A stretch of DNA of 64,000 nt from Rhizodiscina lignyota (lineage: Eukaryota), in contig ML978125.1 in the NCBI GenBank assembly GCA_010015805.1, positions 372,001-436,000 on the forward strand. Direction: 5' to 3'. Of this stretch, positions 23,699 through 36,397 are shown piece by piece. Both the position numbers and the translations under genes were made by a program. The notes beneath the pieces are model-generated. The model saw only the letters and a list, made by a program, of their open reading frames with translations, was not told where the DNA came from and searched no databases. Within the stretch, counting starts at the first letter, position 1; every line of letters begins with the position of its first letter.

Positions 23699-24381
23699 TC
23701 AGACTTTCTCGTCGTGGAAGTAGAAACTGATATCCCTCGGCCTCCGCCTGTTGCTCTTCACAAAGTCCGCATCACCAGGGGGCCGCTCGTTCTTCTCGTT
23801 GCCCGTCAGCATGCTCTGCAGACTCATGCACACGCTCTCGACATTGTGCACGGGGCTCCAGCCCTGTCGGTCCAGCAGGTCGAGGCAGATGATGCCGTTC
23901 GAGTAGACGTGCGGGTGCATCGGGATCTTGGGCGTCGTCGGGGATGTGATGAACGTCACTTCGGGGGCTTCGATGGGCTGTATGAGAGGATATGTTACTT
24001 AGTGTATGTAAATCTTGAAGAAAGCACTGTTTGGAGGGTTGTGTATGTCTGAGAGACAAGGTAGAACGAGAACCTACGTAGCTGCTGCTGAAGTGGAACT
24101 TGAGCCTGTATGTGTCCCCACGATATAGTGGGTTGTCGTCCAGGACCTTAATGTCCATCAACCATGTCTCGAAGTTGTCGGCCTGGACGAGTGATATGCC
24201 AGGTGGGAGATGTTCTTGGAGCTATCGCGCAGCGTCAGCAATGTTTGGGATATCGCATGTAAAGGACGATGGCTAAGGTGATTTACCTTTAGAAGCTCCT
24301 ATGACAAAAGACATCAGCATCTATAGCGAGAGACATTAAGATTTGACGACATACCTTCTGTAACCTCCGCGTAGCGGACAT
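23699..24381 (-). CDS. Ubiquitin-conjugating enzyme E2, UBE2W/Ubc16-like
   Basis: Spliced product MSATRRLQK|ELLK|LQEHLPPG..SSSY|PIEAPEV..HPHVYSNGIICLDLL..WSPVHNVESVCMSLQSML..FYFHDEKV. Three introns. Confidence 0.92.
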
Positions 24382-25233
24382 GGTGGGCAGCCGACTGACG
24401 TGGTTGAGCTCAGCTAGGGAGGTCCTTTGATCAAATCGATGTGTTGCGATGAAAAGTAGTCGAAGAAAAAGGAACACTGGCTGTGAGAAGAAGAGTTTGA
24501 AGCAAGAAAGAGAGAAACGAATCGGAGCAGGGTGGTTAGGTGGTTTGGAGTAGTTGGGCCGTGCTGGTGGAGCCTTGTTTGGAGGGGCGGTGCGATTGCG
24601 TAGGTTCCAAGGGAGAGAGCAACTGAAGCAAGAATATATATGTCCGGCTTGTTTAGGACCCAGGAACTTGCAAGGAAGAGTTAAAACACAGGCGCTTACT
24701 TAGGTGAAAGGTGATAGAGAGAGCTTCGGTGTTGTTCAGCGTGAAGACCGCTCTTGATGTTGCACGACTCCAAGATCCAAGATCGTCAGAGCTGCGCGAG
24801 TCATGCCACACCTGAAGATCAAGCTTATCATTCACCTTCCGTTTCATTTTCACTGCTCGTACGGAAGAAATTTAACTAGTTTCTGTGAAGCAGTGCGTTC
24901 TATTTTTGTGGTATCTGAATAGCAGCATCTCATTCATTATGATTACATGCCGAAAAGTTCCACACTCGTCAGCATCTACAATTGTGATAGCGCTCCCAAG
25001 CCGATTTCAGTCATTCTTCTAGTCCGCATCATGATTATGAAGGAGTATACAAAAAGGAAAAGGGTATCTATGTTACCAATAATCCTTCCGAACCGCAAAC
25101 AATGGGCACTCTCTTCATCCCATTACCCGGCCTTGAAATCATTCCATTGCGCTTTTCCCTATCAAGCAAACTATCACTGCTATGCTGTCCGAACCATCAT
25201 TTCATTGATAATTTCAAATGCAGTGCCCAATTC

Positions 25234-27396
25234 CTATGCGCCAAATTTATTGTCCTTCTTCTTCCCAAACACACTTAGCCTCCCGGGCTTCTTTCCCGGA
25301 GTCCCTTTCGAGTTTATCGAATTCACAGTCTTAGCCGTCCCCGGCCTCTCTTCAACCTCTGGTGCCGGATCCAATTCCCACGGTACAACTTCCGCCTTCT
25401 TCACCGGACTAACTCCCAACCCTAGCCGCTCCTGCGGACTCCTAAACCACTGTTCGCTCAGTTCACTTGGGGCGAAGCTCGTTGCTGCCGATAGACCTCT
25501 GGCGTGCATTGCACCCACTGTGCTTGTTGGGCTTTGACCCCCGGATTGGATCGAAGAGTTCGGCGACGTCGCTCCGGGACGAATGGGAGTGGTAGGCCCG
25601 CTTGCATTGTCTTGTTGAGGCCGCGTGGGTGATGTGCGAGATGAAAAGGCCGCTGCGAGTGCCGTACTGGTGAGAATGCCGTTCGCTTCTTTCGTATCAG
25701 GTGGGAATATGGCATGCACATGAGCCACAGGGGTTGGAGTTACAGCTCCAAAGCGTGGCGTTGGAGACGAAGGTGGCAGAGGGAAGGCCTCTAGCGGTGG
25801 GTCTTTTTCTAGGACTGGTGTGGATTGTGCAGGAAGGTCGGGAATGGGAGGCATGAAGTTATATGCCGGAATGCTACTGAAGGAAGCCTGACGACGGGAA
25901 GATTTGCGAGGGATTTGCGGCGGAGGGCCTAGAGGATCTGGATTGGAGAGGGGCGACGTTACGGTGGTGAGCGATGGACGAGGCGGGCTCGTCGCTGGAG
26001 AAGCAGTGCTGACGGCAGATTTTGGAGGAGCTGAGTCTGGAGGAGCAGAAGCCGTCTTCATGAGATCACCATCCTCCGTATCTCTGAGGAATGGCAACAA
26101 AGTCGCTACATTATCCATCCCAATGTTAAGTCGAGGATCAGAGATGCTGCGCGTGTGAGTGTGCGTTGGTCTTTTCGCAAGCTCAGCAGGGCTTGCTGGT
26201 GTTAGGGAGAAAATCCCCTTCGATGCGACTGGCGGTGCAGTTATAGGCAGTTTCCTCGTCTTTTCCGTTTGGGTAGGAGAATCAGGTGGAAAGAAAGAAG
26301 TTATCTCAGGTAAGCCTGCCATCTCAGCAGAACTTGCGGTTGCTGGTGGCTTGTCAGGTATACTGGGCCTCTTTGGTCGAAACGACGTTCCTGTAGTTGA
26401 GTCGGCGCGCCCTCTTGCTTTTGAAGGGTTGCGGAGTCGCGTCACGCTGGACGATGAATTGCTCTTTGAAGACGAAGATGTAGGCGGCCGATCCTTTGCG
26501 GTGAGTGGCGTTTTCGTTGCGGGTGACGGGGAATTCGGCTGGCCCTGGCTGCCACCAGACCCGAAAGTCGAGACAGAATTATGTGCGCTACCCAGCCGCC
26601 TGCTGTCAGCCATCTTGCCTAACAGTGGGTCCTTCTCTTTCCTGGCCTCCTTTGCGGCCTCCCGAGCCCAATCCGGCAAGCCGTCCCACTTGGAGTTTAC
26701 CTTTGGAACCTCTGGTGGAAGCTTCCTATCAGTAACGCCAGGCAATCCGACGGCAGTACTTCGAGCGCTTTTGCTGTTTTTGGCCTCTGCTTGTTTGCGC
26801 TGTGCCTCTGCGAATTGTTCGAGAGCTATTGCCGACGGCTCCTTCAAGGTGAGCAACCCCGAAATCCAGCCTGTCTTAGGCTTCTTCCTAGAAGCGCCGT
26901 TCGTAGCAGGAGAATGACGATCTCGAGATGCTAGACTATGCTCTGTTATGGCCCGGCTATTGCCCTTGTTGCTGCTATCGCTTGTAGTGCGAGGGCCGTG
27001 GCTTGGCCGTGATGATGCCGGCCCAACATTTAGTGTTGATTTACTACCAGAAGTTGACTCAGGAAACGGGTTGATTGCATCTGTATCATCTCCAGTAGGT
27101 AAGGGAGGGTCTGGAAATCGAAATGCTCTCGCACCTCGTCCATCATTACTGTCGCGATTTCTGGCAGCCAGCTTTGGTGTCCGGATAGGGAAATTCGACG
27201 ATGTTGGTGAACCCTGAGTGATCGATGACTCGGGAGTGTGAGAATATGTCATGGTCGTAATGCCATCGGAACGCTCCGATGTAGTTGCCGTGGACAGTGA
27301 TTGGACGGACCTCTCATCGTCGGAAGGTCGATTGCGAACTTTTAGCTTGGGTATTCGCACTGGTGCAATCGACTCTGCCGGGGAGTGTAGCGGCAT
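25234..27396 (-). CDS. Ser/Pro-rich disordered hypothetical protein
   Basis: About 720-codon open frame, first ATG 27396 (an upstream intron near 27429-27474 is possible). Short conserved-looking islands LKEPSAIALEQF, PKVNSKWDGLP and SELSEQWFRSPQERLGLG. Confidence 0.8.
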   Translation of the reverse strand: MPLHSPAESIAPVRIPKLKVRNRPSDDERSVQSLSTATTSERSDGITTMTYSHTPESSITQGSPTSSNFPIRTPKLAARNRDSNDGRGARAFRFPDPPLPTGDDTDAINPFPESTSGSKSTLNVGPASSRPSHGPRTTSDSSNKGNSRAITEHSLASRDRHSPATNGASRKKPKTGWISGLLTLKEPSAIALEQFAEAQRKQAEAKNSKSARSTAVGLPGVTDRKLPPEVPKVNSKWDGLPDWAREAAKEARKEKDPLLGKMADSRRLGSAHNSVSTFGSGGSQGQPNSPSPATKTPLTAKDRPPTSSSSKSNSSSSVTRLRNPSKARGRADSTTGTSFRPKRPSIPDKPPATASSAEMAGLPEITSFFPPDSPTQTEKTRKLPITAPPVASKGIFSLTPASPAELAKRPTHTHTRSISDPRLNIGMDNVATLLPFLRDTEDGDLMKTASAPPDSAPPKSAVSTASPATSPPRPSLTTVTSPLSNPDPLGPPPQIPRKSSRRQASFSSIPAYNFMPPIPDLPAQSTPVLEKDPPLEAFPLPPSSPTPRFGAVTPTPVAHVHAIFPPDTKEANGILTSTALAAAFSSRTSPTRPQQDNASGPTTPIRPGATSPNSSIQSGGQSPTSTVGAMHARGLSAATSFAPSELSEQWFRSPQERLGLGVSPVKKAEVVPWELDPAPEVEERPGTAKTVNSINSKGTPGKKPGRLSVFGKKKDNKFGA

Positions 27397-29324
27397 GCTG
27401 AAAAGCAAGCGCGGATGCTGAAGTGACTGCAAAATATTAATTCTTAGCTAGCCTGTACAAAGGATGTAACTTACTAGAATAAAACTAATCGAAGCAATGC
27501 ATTTTCAAGTACGAGATCAATATGTAGAATTTTTCTAACTCCCGGCAGAAGTAATCTGACGTAGACCAAGGCTTTAAGAGCTCTAGGCCTCCCAATGCTG
27601 ATGTGATGTAGACTGAGTGATGTCTTTGCAGTTGAGACAGATATCCAGGACACAGCAAAGTGGGAGCGAAACGACTTCTCTGAGCTCGCAGTTCTAGTCG
27701 CGAAGAGACTTCTGAAACGCCCTTTCGAGTTGACTGTAAATAAAAGTCCAGAAGGTCTAAAGAGGAGATATTGTTAGCTTTAGTGGAGGGGAGCTCTGAG
27801 CATGGCTGAAGTCTGGGTCGTCTCGGTTGGCGTCGATTTGGCTTTGATGCATATGCCGCTACGCGAGAAGCAACGGTGGGCGCGGGTAGGAGCGATCTGA
27901 AATCTCGCGCAATGTTCAGCTGGCGACTATCCGCAGAGCTTATCTTGAAGGATCCTGAGATGACGGCGGAGACGAGATGAAATAGGCGTAGACAGAGAAG
28001 ACGGGAGTGGAGACGAGCGGCGGGCCAGCATTTCTGCCATTGAGGTACGATGGAGTTCAAGCGCACGCTCATAACTTCCTCGTGCATCAAACTTGCCTTG
28101 GCTATACAGTAGCTTCCGCTCTTGCGCGAGCCAATATTCGCACTGACTGCCTACGGACCACTCGTCGTTCGCATGGAAGTTGATGCTGCGTCAGGGCCGA
28201 TCTCATGCATAGAAGGCCGTCGCACATCGACATGCCCACCTATACACTCTGATTGCGAACAAAAAGACATTGCTCGCGCCATCCGAGAAGTTGTCACGAG
28301 CCAGTCCTGTCTCTCGCTGCTGATTGCCCTAAAGTCTAGTATGCAGGTTGCGAAACGGAATATGGGGAGGGATATGACTTGTCGCTTTCAGCTGACCCTG
28401 GAACTTGATTGAGCCTACTTCTGATCAAGCAAGCTCAGTATTTCAAGTTGGCATTTGTCATTTGGAGACTCACACTCTGAGTACCAAAGTACACAATCGT
28501 ATTCGCCTGTCTTCTTTGTTACGCAACGTCAGTTCTCGTCCGCGGCGTACAGTACCTCCACCAGCCCCGCAGACGCTTTCTCTTCCCAGGGACCACACGA
28601 CTGGCCTGTCTCACAGAGATCACGCACCTGTCCTTCTCAGCCGACCAATCATCACTGTGCGCAAATCCGGAGGGCTGCAGCAAAAGCAAACACGAATACC
28701 CTGCACGCTGCAGGAGAAAGTCTCTTTCACATCTGTGGCCTCTTTCCGCATCGATCCAACCCTCCTTCTTCTGGCAACGTGCACTGAGCGTGGCCACGCG
28801 TGGACTTGACTGGAAGAAGGCGAGAAGCCGGAATAGGCTGTCTTTGAGGCTCTGGTACCTTCCCTCTCTGCTGATGAATGGGCGTGGTGTTGTAGGTTGG
28901 TGACAAGCAGCGACGTCGGAGACACAAGAAAGGGGCGACGGGGTGCATGTGAACAGAGAAGCAACTCCGCACGCTGTTGAAACCCCTCCCTCTCCCTCGT
29001 CGTTCCTCTCTTCTCTTCACATTTCATCGCAAATAGTGAGGTTTCCATCGCTATCGTCATCAATATTTCCATCGGGCATTTTCCATCAGACCCACTGCAT
29101 CCGATCCGGTTGTCGCCTCCAGCCCCAATCCTTCCCGCCGGAGGAACGCCGAGCTTGCAGGGACTAAGGAGGCGGTGATCTCGGCAGCCAGTGACCGAAC
29201 GTGTGGCGTTTCCAGAAGACCGGAAAAGTACATCGCCGCGGCCTGCTTCTTTGTCTCGTTGCGCGCAACGGCGCCGCCGTCCCCGTCGACTCGGGTCAAG
29301 AACTTGCATTTGCAGCCCCTCATC

Positions 29325-30956
29325 ATGTATAGGGTGCCTGCTGGCAAGGCTCCTGCAAAGGGTCCTGCAGTATATCCTACCGATGGGGCCGGGCCCCACC
29401 CGGACCAAGAGCAGGATGCTGCAAAGACTATTCAGACCCCGTGCAAGTCTACTATTGGTGCGTCGAATCTCCCATCGGTCCAGTATAGCTCTACACATGA
29501 TATTCATTTCAGAGAATGGTCTGCCGCGCCGTCAGTAGGACAGCTTGAAAACCAGAGCCCGAGACAGCTCAACAACATTCGGTACTCCAGCCCGCCGTCA
29601 GTAGGACAGCCTGACCACCGGAGCTTAAGCCAACTCAACAACGTTCAAGGCTCCAGCCCGCCGTCAGTGGGACAGCCTGGCAATCGGAGCCCGCGACGGC
29701 CCAACAACATTCAAGGCTCCAATCTAGCATTGAGCGATGAGGGCAAGGGAAAACGCAAACTCGAAGATGCTACGTCCGAATTACCGGGTTCACTACCAGC
29801 TGCACAGGATGAATACACCACTAACTCGAAGAGCGGAAAGTCTGGCAAGAAAACCGCTGGGAAAATGAAGTCCACTGGCAAACCAACGCAGTGGAGAAGG
29901 GGGCCTCAATCTGGCGTCCCCCCTCCACAACCAGGTGCTGAACCGATGTCCCCCAGAAGAATGCATGCAATCTTCAACCTGGGGCCAAAGAGACAGCCGC
30001 CGAACATCGATCATCCTGTGGAGATGCGGTACAACCCGAACGGACCATTGCCCAGGGGGTACGTTCCCGGAAAGACGCCATTACCCTACTTTGGGACACT
30101 GCAGAACTCATACCCTGCTGGATGGGCCCCCGAAGAGTATAGCGACATGTCAGAAACGATTTCAATGAATACGCATAGAATGATAGTCTCTATGCAGATG
30201 CAGCAGGTGGAAGAAGAGCTTTCGGTGCTTCGGAAAATCCACTCCACGTTGGAGGATGGCGATGATGCCAAGAAATTCTCTCTTGCTCAAACAGTCTTGA
30301 GTGGCCGTTATGACTACCCACCTGTACTCAAGCGGCATGTCAAGGAACTCGTGCAGAGCAAGGGAGTCGATTTCGAAAAGTTCAAGAAATTTGCGCAGGA
30401 TGAATGGCAGAAGCAAAAGAAACAGTGCGAAGATGCTGGTGCAGCTGCGAAATTGCTAGAGAAACCAAATGCCGGGTCGTCAACAAGCAAAATGGATGTA
30501 GACGGAGAAGAGGAAGAGGAAGAGGATGATGACGACGACGACGACGACGACGATGACGACTACATCCAGTATCCAAAGAGTGAATGGGGTCCTTACCCGC
30601 TGTTACGAGATGCGCCGCATATGCCAATGCTCAACTGGAGCAAGTTCGGCATTGTCGGTGATACGCTCAAGGCTCTCGACAACGATATAGATAAGAACCC
30701 GCAGCTATACAAGTCAACACCGAACGATGTCCAGACTACGGAGAGCATCAGACAGCCTGGTTCCAACGGCCAAGAAGTGTATGATGATAAAGCTCATTAC
30801 CCGTGGGCTGTCACCGATGGCGATGGCAGTGGCGATGATGCAGGACGGTCGACATCTCCGGCCACTGGAAAGAATAGCAGGAGTGGTTCGGGCCAGTCAC
30901 TGGGGAGCATTGCAGGAATGCATCAAATGGCAAACAGTAACGGGATCAAGGCGTAG
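29325..30956 (+). CDS. Hypothetical low-complexity protein with 22-aa repeats and an acidic tract
   Basis: Long ORF with first ATG at 29325, a helical central segment and a poly-E/D run at about 30507-30560. Confidence 0.7.
   Translation: MYRVPAGKAPAKGPAVYPTDGAGPHPDQEQDAAKTIQTPCKSTIGASNLPSVQYSSTHDIHFREWSAAPSVGQLENQSPRQLNNIRYSSPPSVGQPDHRSLSQLNNVQGSSPPSVGQPGNRSPRRPNNIQGSNLALSDEGKGKRKLEDATSELPGSLPAAQDEYTTNSKSGKSGKKTAGKMKSTGKPTQWRRGPQSGVPPPQPGAEPMSPRRMHAIFNLGPKRQPPNIDHPVEMRYNPNGPLPRGYVPGKTPLPYFGTLQNSYPAGWAPEEYSDMSETISMNTHRMIVSMQMQQVEEELSVLRKIHSTLEDGDDAKKFSLAQTVLSGRYDYPPVLKRHVKELVQSKGVDFEKFKKFAQDEWQKQKKQCEDAGAAAKLLEKPNAGSSTSKMDVDGEEEEEEDDDDDDDDDDDDYIQYPKSEWGPYPLLRDAPHMPMLNWSKFGIVGDTLKALDNDIDKNPQLYKSTPNDVQTTESIRQPGSNGQEVYDDKAHYPWAVTDGDGSGDDAGRSTSPATGKNSRSGSGQSLGSIAGMHQMANSNGIKA
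29529..29722 (+). repeat. 66-bp coding tandem repeat x3 (PSVGQ....S.R..NN...S.P)
   Basis: CCGTCAGT(A/G)GGACAGC recurs at 29529, 29595 and 29661. Confidence 0.9.
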
Positions 30957-31869
30957 TGAGTTGATGGCGGTGATGGAAAATACGTCCTTCTATTTCCACA
31001 CCATCGGAGTTGAATGACACACACTGATCGTTTATGTTTCTAATACTCATCTCCACACTTTCACAGTATTCTTCCTCAGAAGGGAGACCTGGTTAATGCT
31101 AGTCCCTTCAAATCCGATGCGATTATTGGAGCTAATGCCTTCTGTGGCTTCTTTGACGCTCCAAGTGCAAACGCTAAAGCCGTGGAAAAGATCTCGTGCA
31201 CCCTTCAACGCAACCACATCTGCTACCCCTTCCGATGTGTGGCATAGTGGCGAATCGTTCACAATAATGCCCACGCATCACAGAGCTTCTAACATATTAC
31301 CGACGAACTGGGTGTATGAGATCGTTGAGCCATCTTCCGATGTCTCTGCGCACATATGACGACGCACATCTATTCATCCAAACCTTGTTCCAGCTTTAGT
31401 GAAAAGAGAATTCGATAGAGTCCGCAAAATCCTGTTGACATTGTTGAAGAACAAAGAACGTTGTGTTTGAAGCTTTTAGCAGCTGCTAGTCCAACGCCGC
31501 CTCGACTAGCCTCTCTACGCCTACCAGAATTCAACATGCTAGTATCACCTCATTCGGCGGATTTAGACATCAATTCTGCTGTAACACCTCTACAAGGACA
31601 AAGAACATCGCACCACCTAGTCTCTCTGCATCTACCAGAATCCACGCTGATACCAATAGACTCTAGACTCAGACATCTATTCCACTACAGCATCTCTGTC
31701 CAATAAACATACGCTGATATTCAATAGCCCGAATGAATGGAAGCATCCAAACTTATGGACAGGCCGTGTCGCCTTTGGTGTATGACGTGGCCGCATACCA
31801 AATGCAAAGCCGGCGACGAGTGCACTTACTCCTTCTTTGAGCGAAGAGTCGACACTAACAGCACCTCAT

Positions 31870-32714
31870 AGACCTTCTGCTCAGAAAGCGACGATTTGGG
31901 TTAGCTGGTTCGCATCCAAAGACTACACAGACCAGCGGCAGGACATGACGTGTGAAACTGCACTAAGGATAGTGCTTCTCAAGCACAGAGGCTTCCTGTC
32001 CAAGTATAAAGACATCCGCTCTTCCTTCGACGACATTATTGATTCCCTTGTGGTTCTGTCATACGATCGTTCACTCCGGAGGAACGCAAGAAAAGCGAGA
32101 TGGCACCTCTTTCGGCGATGGAAATAAAGCAGCGCATGGCAGTAGCTGCGGTGCTCAATCTGATTCAAAAACAATATGAGGAAACGCCACCCAACTACCG
32201 CGGAAGTAAAAGCGCGAGACTGGAGCCGGCGAAAGACATCAGCGACAATGGAGGCCTTGATCCTAAAGATGATGTTGAGTCCCAGGACGCAGTATTGGAC
32301 GACTGGCCTTCAGAGCACACAGCGGGGAGGCCAAACAATTGCGGCTGGAATGGCAAACGCGCCGCTCCACAACCCACAGAGGAGGGCATCGACGACAGCG
32401 ACATCAATGGTCATGGAAGCAATGTGATGCACATGCCGTCTGATCGGTTTCACACTCAAAGCGGAAACCCGACTGGGCCAGATTCTACAAGAATGGCCAG
32501 ACCAAAGAGATCATCGCGCTTCAGAGAAGGATCGCTGGAGTGAAAGTGCGCCTTTCAAGCAGAAACTAGATGGTGGCGATGATAACGGCCTCGATCCTTA
32601 TGGGGACAGTGACATGGATGTGAACGGGCTGGCCAGTGATCCAATCGAAATAGCCCGATTTGTCGAGAGAGACAAAGGATTGAACCTTTTGAAGAGGGAG
32701 AAAGCTGATCGCTG
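31870..32714 (+). pseudogene. Possible frameshifted or degenerate gene
   Basis: Three successive protein-like segments in different frames (to 32127; 32100-32543; about 32500-32714). They share acidic motifs (DNGGLDP / DDNGLDP; DSDING / DSDMDVNG), and no clear introns join them. Confidence 0.3.
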
Positions 32715-33656
32715 ATTTATCTATGACAGGGGAGTTTGGAGGTCAAAATCGTTGTTAGTAGATTTATCATAAAAATATCATCAATCGTTCTTCGCTTTTT
32801 GTGTCAAACCGTCCTCCAATGAGTAGAAAAAGGGTCGAAGCCGTATCGACAAGGCTATCGCAGCGTAAAGAGAGAAAACGAGGTTGACATGGGATAAACC
32901 TAGCTACAACTTTGAACTGGAATTGACACTGAATTACGAAGTACATTACTATGTACCTGAAATGGGAGTGCAGAGTTTAAACTCCAGAGCTGAGGCTACG
33001 GAGATGTCACGCTAGAGTATTCCTCATTAGGTTGAGACACCATTCAGCTAGCGCTGGGTGCTCCCGGTGCCAACCTTAGTAATTATGGGGACAGAGCCGC
33101 CCAACTTTCGGTGTGGCCCACCCAGAACTTGGCTGCGCCGGGCCGTACACCCGCGAACCGCCCTCACGTTACAGCTCGTCCACTAGCGAACCATCTTGTC
33201 ATCCTCGAAACTAATTAAGCGTGGGCAGTCGATGAGAGTTATAATCTACTACCACTGGCACGTCAAGATTTGAAAATATCAAATATATCTGATTCAATTG
33301 TTAGATGGTGCAACATGCTCAATTGCACTTGGTCATCGAGAGTTATACGATCTATATCCTGAGTCGTAATCAAAAATGCAACAGGGTATCTTATGCATCG
33401 GACGCCTGATCGAAGACTCATCGCCCTTAGTCGCGTGGGTAGATGACATGAAGTAAAAAGTGAAACTCTCAATCTCCAGGATGCTTTTTTTCCCGTTGAG
33501 TCCAACGGATGGGACGAGGATCACTCGAAGAATGGCATTCTCGAGCTCCCGATCGCTTCGGACATAGTCCTTTCCAGTAGTTCCTCGGCCAATGCTCAGG
33601 AACGCCGCCCAAACGTCTTTCTACATGCCTCTGATATGTGACCTTCCTTCGAGTAT

Positions 33657-34308
33657 CTAACCATCCATATCGAGATCAATGCCAGCCGCCAAGCAGCCCA
33701 AGCAGAAGACAGTACCATCCTCTCCTTCCTCCACGCAGCAGCCACTGCATATGGTATTCCCCTGACAGCCTCCAACACACTGTCGTATGCAGATGTAGCA
33801 TGTTCGTTCGTTGCATCTCGAGCAATCGATGTACGCGTCTAGGTCAGTCTTCAGCTTCGGTGCCTTGTGACAGATGTGGCATGGTTGAAGGACGGGAGAT
33901 ATGCTGGGCGGTCGTGGAGGTGCTTTGTTTCCTGAAGCTTTTTCTGAAAGCACCACGCAGTGCAGCTTTGGTGGGAGTATCTTTCTTCGTATTTTTGATG
34001 GATGTATCTCTGGAGTTTCGTCATTGTGAGGCGACTCGAGAATTGGACGGAGGCTGTGCGAATCGGTATGCATCGTCTGCACTATGGCGACGTCGGACGC
34101 AGGATATGGGAGGGCTTGCTTTTGATCTTGTGGCCAAGACTTCGATCTGAGCCTGTCAAGGTTGTTAGCATAAGATATAAATGAACCAGAAGCGAGTCAG
34201 GAGCCCTTACGGTGACGCGTTTTGTTTACTTGTTTCCACCGCATCCAGCCTCCGCTTCCTCTTGCCCAAGACCTCTAAAGGCACAGGTCTAATCGTAGCA
34301 CCTGGCAT
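33657..34308 (-). CDS. Hypothetical nuclear protein with a C-terminal Cys-rich zinc-finger-like domain
   Basis: Intron 34210-34153 (GTAAGG..GCTAAC..CAG) gives an in-frame join. LGKRKRR NLS-like motif; CHIC..CSRC..CYIC..C..C..CSGCC..CLGC. Confidence 0.78.
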
Positions 34309-34964
34309 CGCGTCCCAAGATGTGAATTTGTCGTGGTGGCCGCAGTTCGGCGAGTCGGGGGTGAGGAAAAGCTCAGAGGTTATGTACATGTTGGAAGGTA
34401 CGACCTTGATGACAAGAGCAAGATGCAGTGCCTCGAGCATGTGAGTTGGAAGTAAGATGATTGTCAAGTCATCTTAGAAGTGTAGTGAGTTCTGCAGCGC
34501 GTCCGAGCTTCGCGCATCGGCGGATGTTGGCGCCTAAGCAGGAGTGAAGTTGTAGACGGATGATTGGCTTAAAAGGGATATTCGCCTCCACCGTCTGCCT
34601 GCACGCTTTAAGTTATCCGCGCCAAATTTGGACAAGACTCCATTGCGTGAGTATTCCGTGGAGGAGAATGCGGTAGAAAAGGCTTTCAATAACTCGATGC
34701 ACCAATCTCGCTCAAAGCGTAGAGTATTGCTTGCAGATATGGTGGGCACAGAAGGTGTCTTCGCATTTCCTATTCCTTGAACAAAGTCGCACTTCATTCA
34801 CTTGAGTGCTCTTTGAAGTAGCCTCCACCTGTGGCTACCGCCCTAAGAATACATTTACAGAGATCCAGAGATCCAGGCATCGTGGGGTATATTTGAAGTC
34901 CGTGCTGATACCGCCAAACGCCAGTCGCTTTCCGCTATACAGAGTACACGCCCAGTATGTCAAC

Positions 34965-36397
34965 TCAAGAATCATCAAAGAAGCCTGAATTCCCAAGGAA
35001 TTTGATTGCTTGTAGCGCAGCCGCGTCTCGCTTGCACAGCTCTTGCTCAACCAACTAGACAAAATATTAATAACAATTTGATGGCTTTGTAAGGAGGAGA
35101 GACTTACGCGATCGTACAACTTTGGTCTCTTGCCTTGGTGATCCTGCAGTGGTTTTGGCAGATCATGCTTGCGCATGCAAGTGTTTTTTCTCCCACAATA
35201 TCCGTTCAGAAGGAAGAATTTGCAATACTTATTCCGAACGAAAGGCATCAAGTAGTCGGGTACGTCATGCCACGCCTTCGCATGAGGTGCTGGAGCTGTT
35301 GCAGGAGCTTGAGAGGACTCCTGGTCCGGCGCTTCATCACTGCTGGAGTCGTCGCTGTCGGATGAACTTCCGGCGTCGTCGCCTTTAGTCTTGCGCTCAT
35401 CATCAATGCCATCCACGCTGTCGCTATCGTAATTAAGACCCAAGTTAGCCTTGGATGGAGCAGCTGTCGACGGAGCAGCTGTCGACGTTTGAGTTTCTTC
35501 CGAGTCGTCTTCTTTATCGGCTGCCGTTTGTCTCTGTAAAAGCTGCTGACGTAACTTCCCTGCTTTGCGCTCGGCCTTTTCAAGCTTTGACTGCAGCTTC
35601 GCGTCCTTCTCTTTTTGGGCGTCCTTCAGCTTCTGCTCTTGTGCTGCCTTTGCTTTCTGTGATTCAATAACCTTCTGCTTTAAGCGATCAAGCTCGGCCT
35701 GTCGTTCAGCTTTGCGTTTCTCCTCCATGCGAGCCTTCGTTGGGTATCTCTTCCGACGCTCTGCCAACCAAGTCGCGATCGCTGCAGGTGAATTGAGGTT
35801 GGGCAGGTTGGGATTGTCCACGTAAGCTTGACCCAGGAGAGTTGCTTCCTCTGCTTCGACGATTTCAGGATCGCTATGCTCCTGCTCTACGCTTTTTGGC
35901 GTCAATCCTAGCTGGTTTTGTTGTATTTGCTTCTTCTCTTTAGGCTCTTCTGGTTGGCCATTGTGTCGTTCTTGCTGTGTAGCTATTGGTGTCGGTTGCG
36001 CCGTAGCATTTAGTGGCGCTGTTGGAAACTGGAAGCCAAAAGTTGGGACTGCGGGCGCAACATTAAGCTTTCGTGGCTGCGCAGAAAGGCTGCTATCATT
36101 GGGACCGCCATTTTGAGCATCTAATGCATCCGGATGTTTGCGTTTGACTCCAGCTGCGAGGTTGACAGCAGTATGACCGCCGTGATTTGCATGTGATCCA
36201 CCTCGATATCCATTCCATGCACCGCGGCCTCGCTGACCTTGACCGCGTCCTCTTCCCCGACCAGAGAAGTTATTATATCCTCCTCTATTTCCTCTCGAAG
36301 AGGAATGATGACTACGGTTGGATGAATGGTTCTGAGCGTCCGACGAGGTAGCCTTTGGCGGAGGCGGCGGCGGTGGTGGAAAAGCGAAAGAACTCAT
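34965..36397 (-). CDS. NUFIP1/Rsa1-like box C/D snoRNP assembly factor with CCCH zinc finger
   Basis: IATWLAERRKRYPT (NUFIP1-type motif), RGG-rich N-terminus and CKFFLLNGYCGRKNTCMRKH. Intron 35107-35055 gives the ending LYDR|LVEQE..LQAIKFLGNSGFFDDS. Confidence 0.82.

Noticed and set aside
27485..29300. Multiple 100-300 aa ORFs between two divergent genes
   Set aside because: Overlapping frames, non-ATG starts and no protein-like composition; likely promoter/UTR sequence.
33225..33295. Possible box C/D snoRNA (TCGATGA..CTACTACCAC..CTGA; 10 nt complementary to the LSU rRNA segment GUGGUAGUAG as I recall it)
   Set aside because: Box C is non-canonical, the guide is short and is not positioned against a proper D/D' box. 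An Rfam or snoscan search would be needed.
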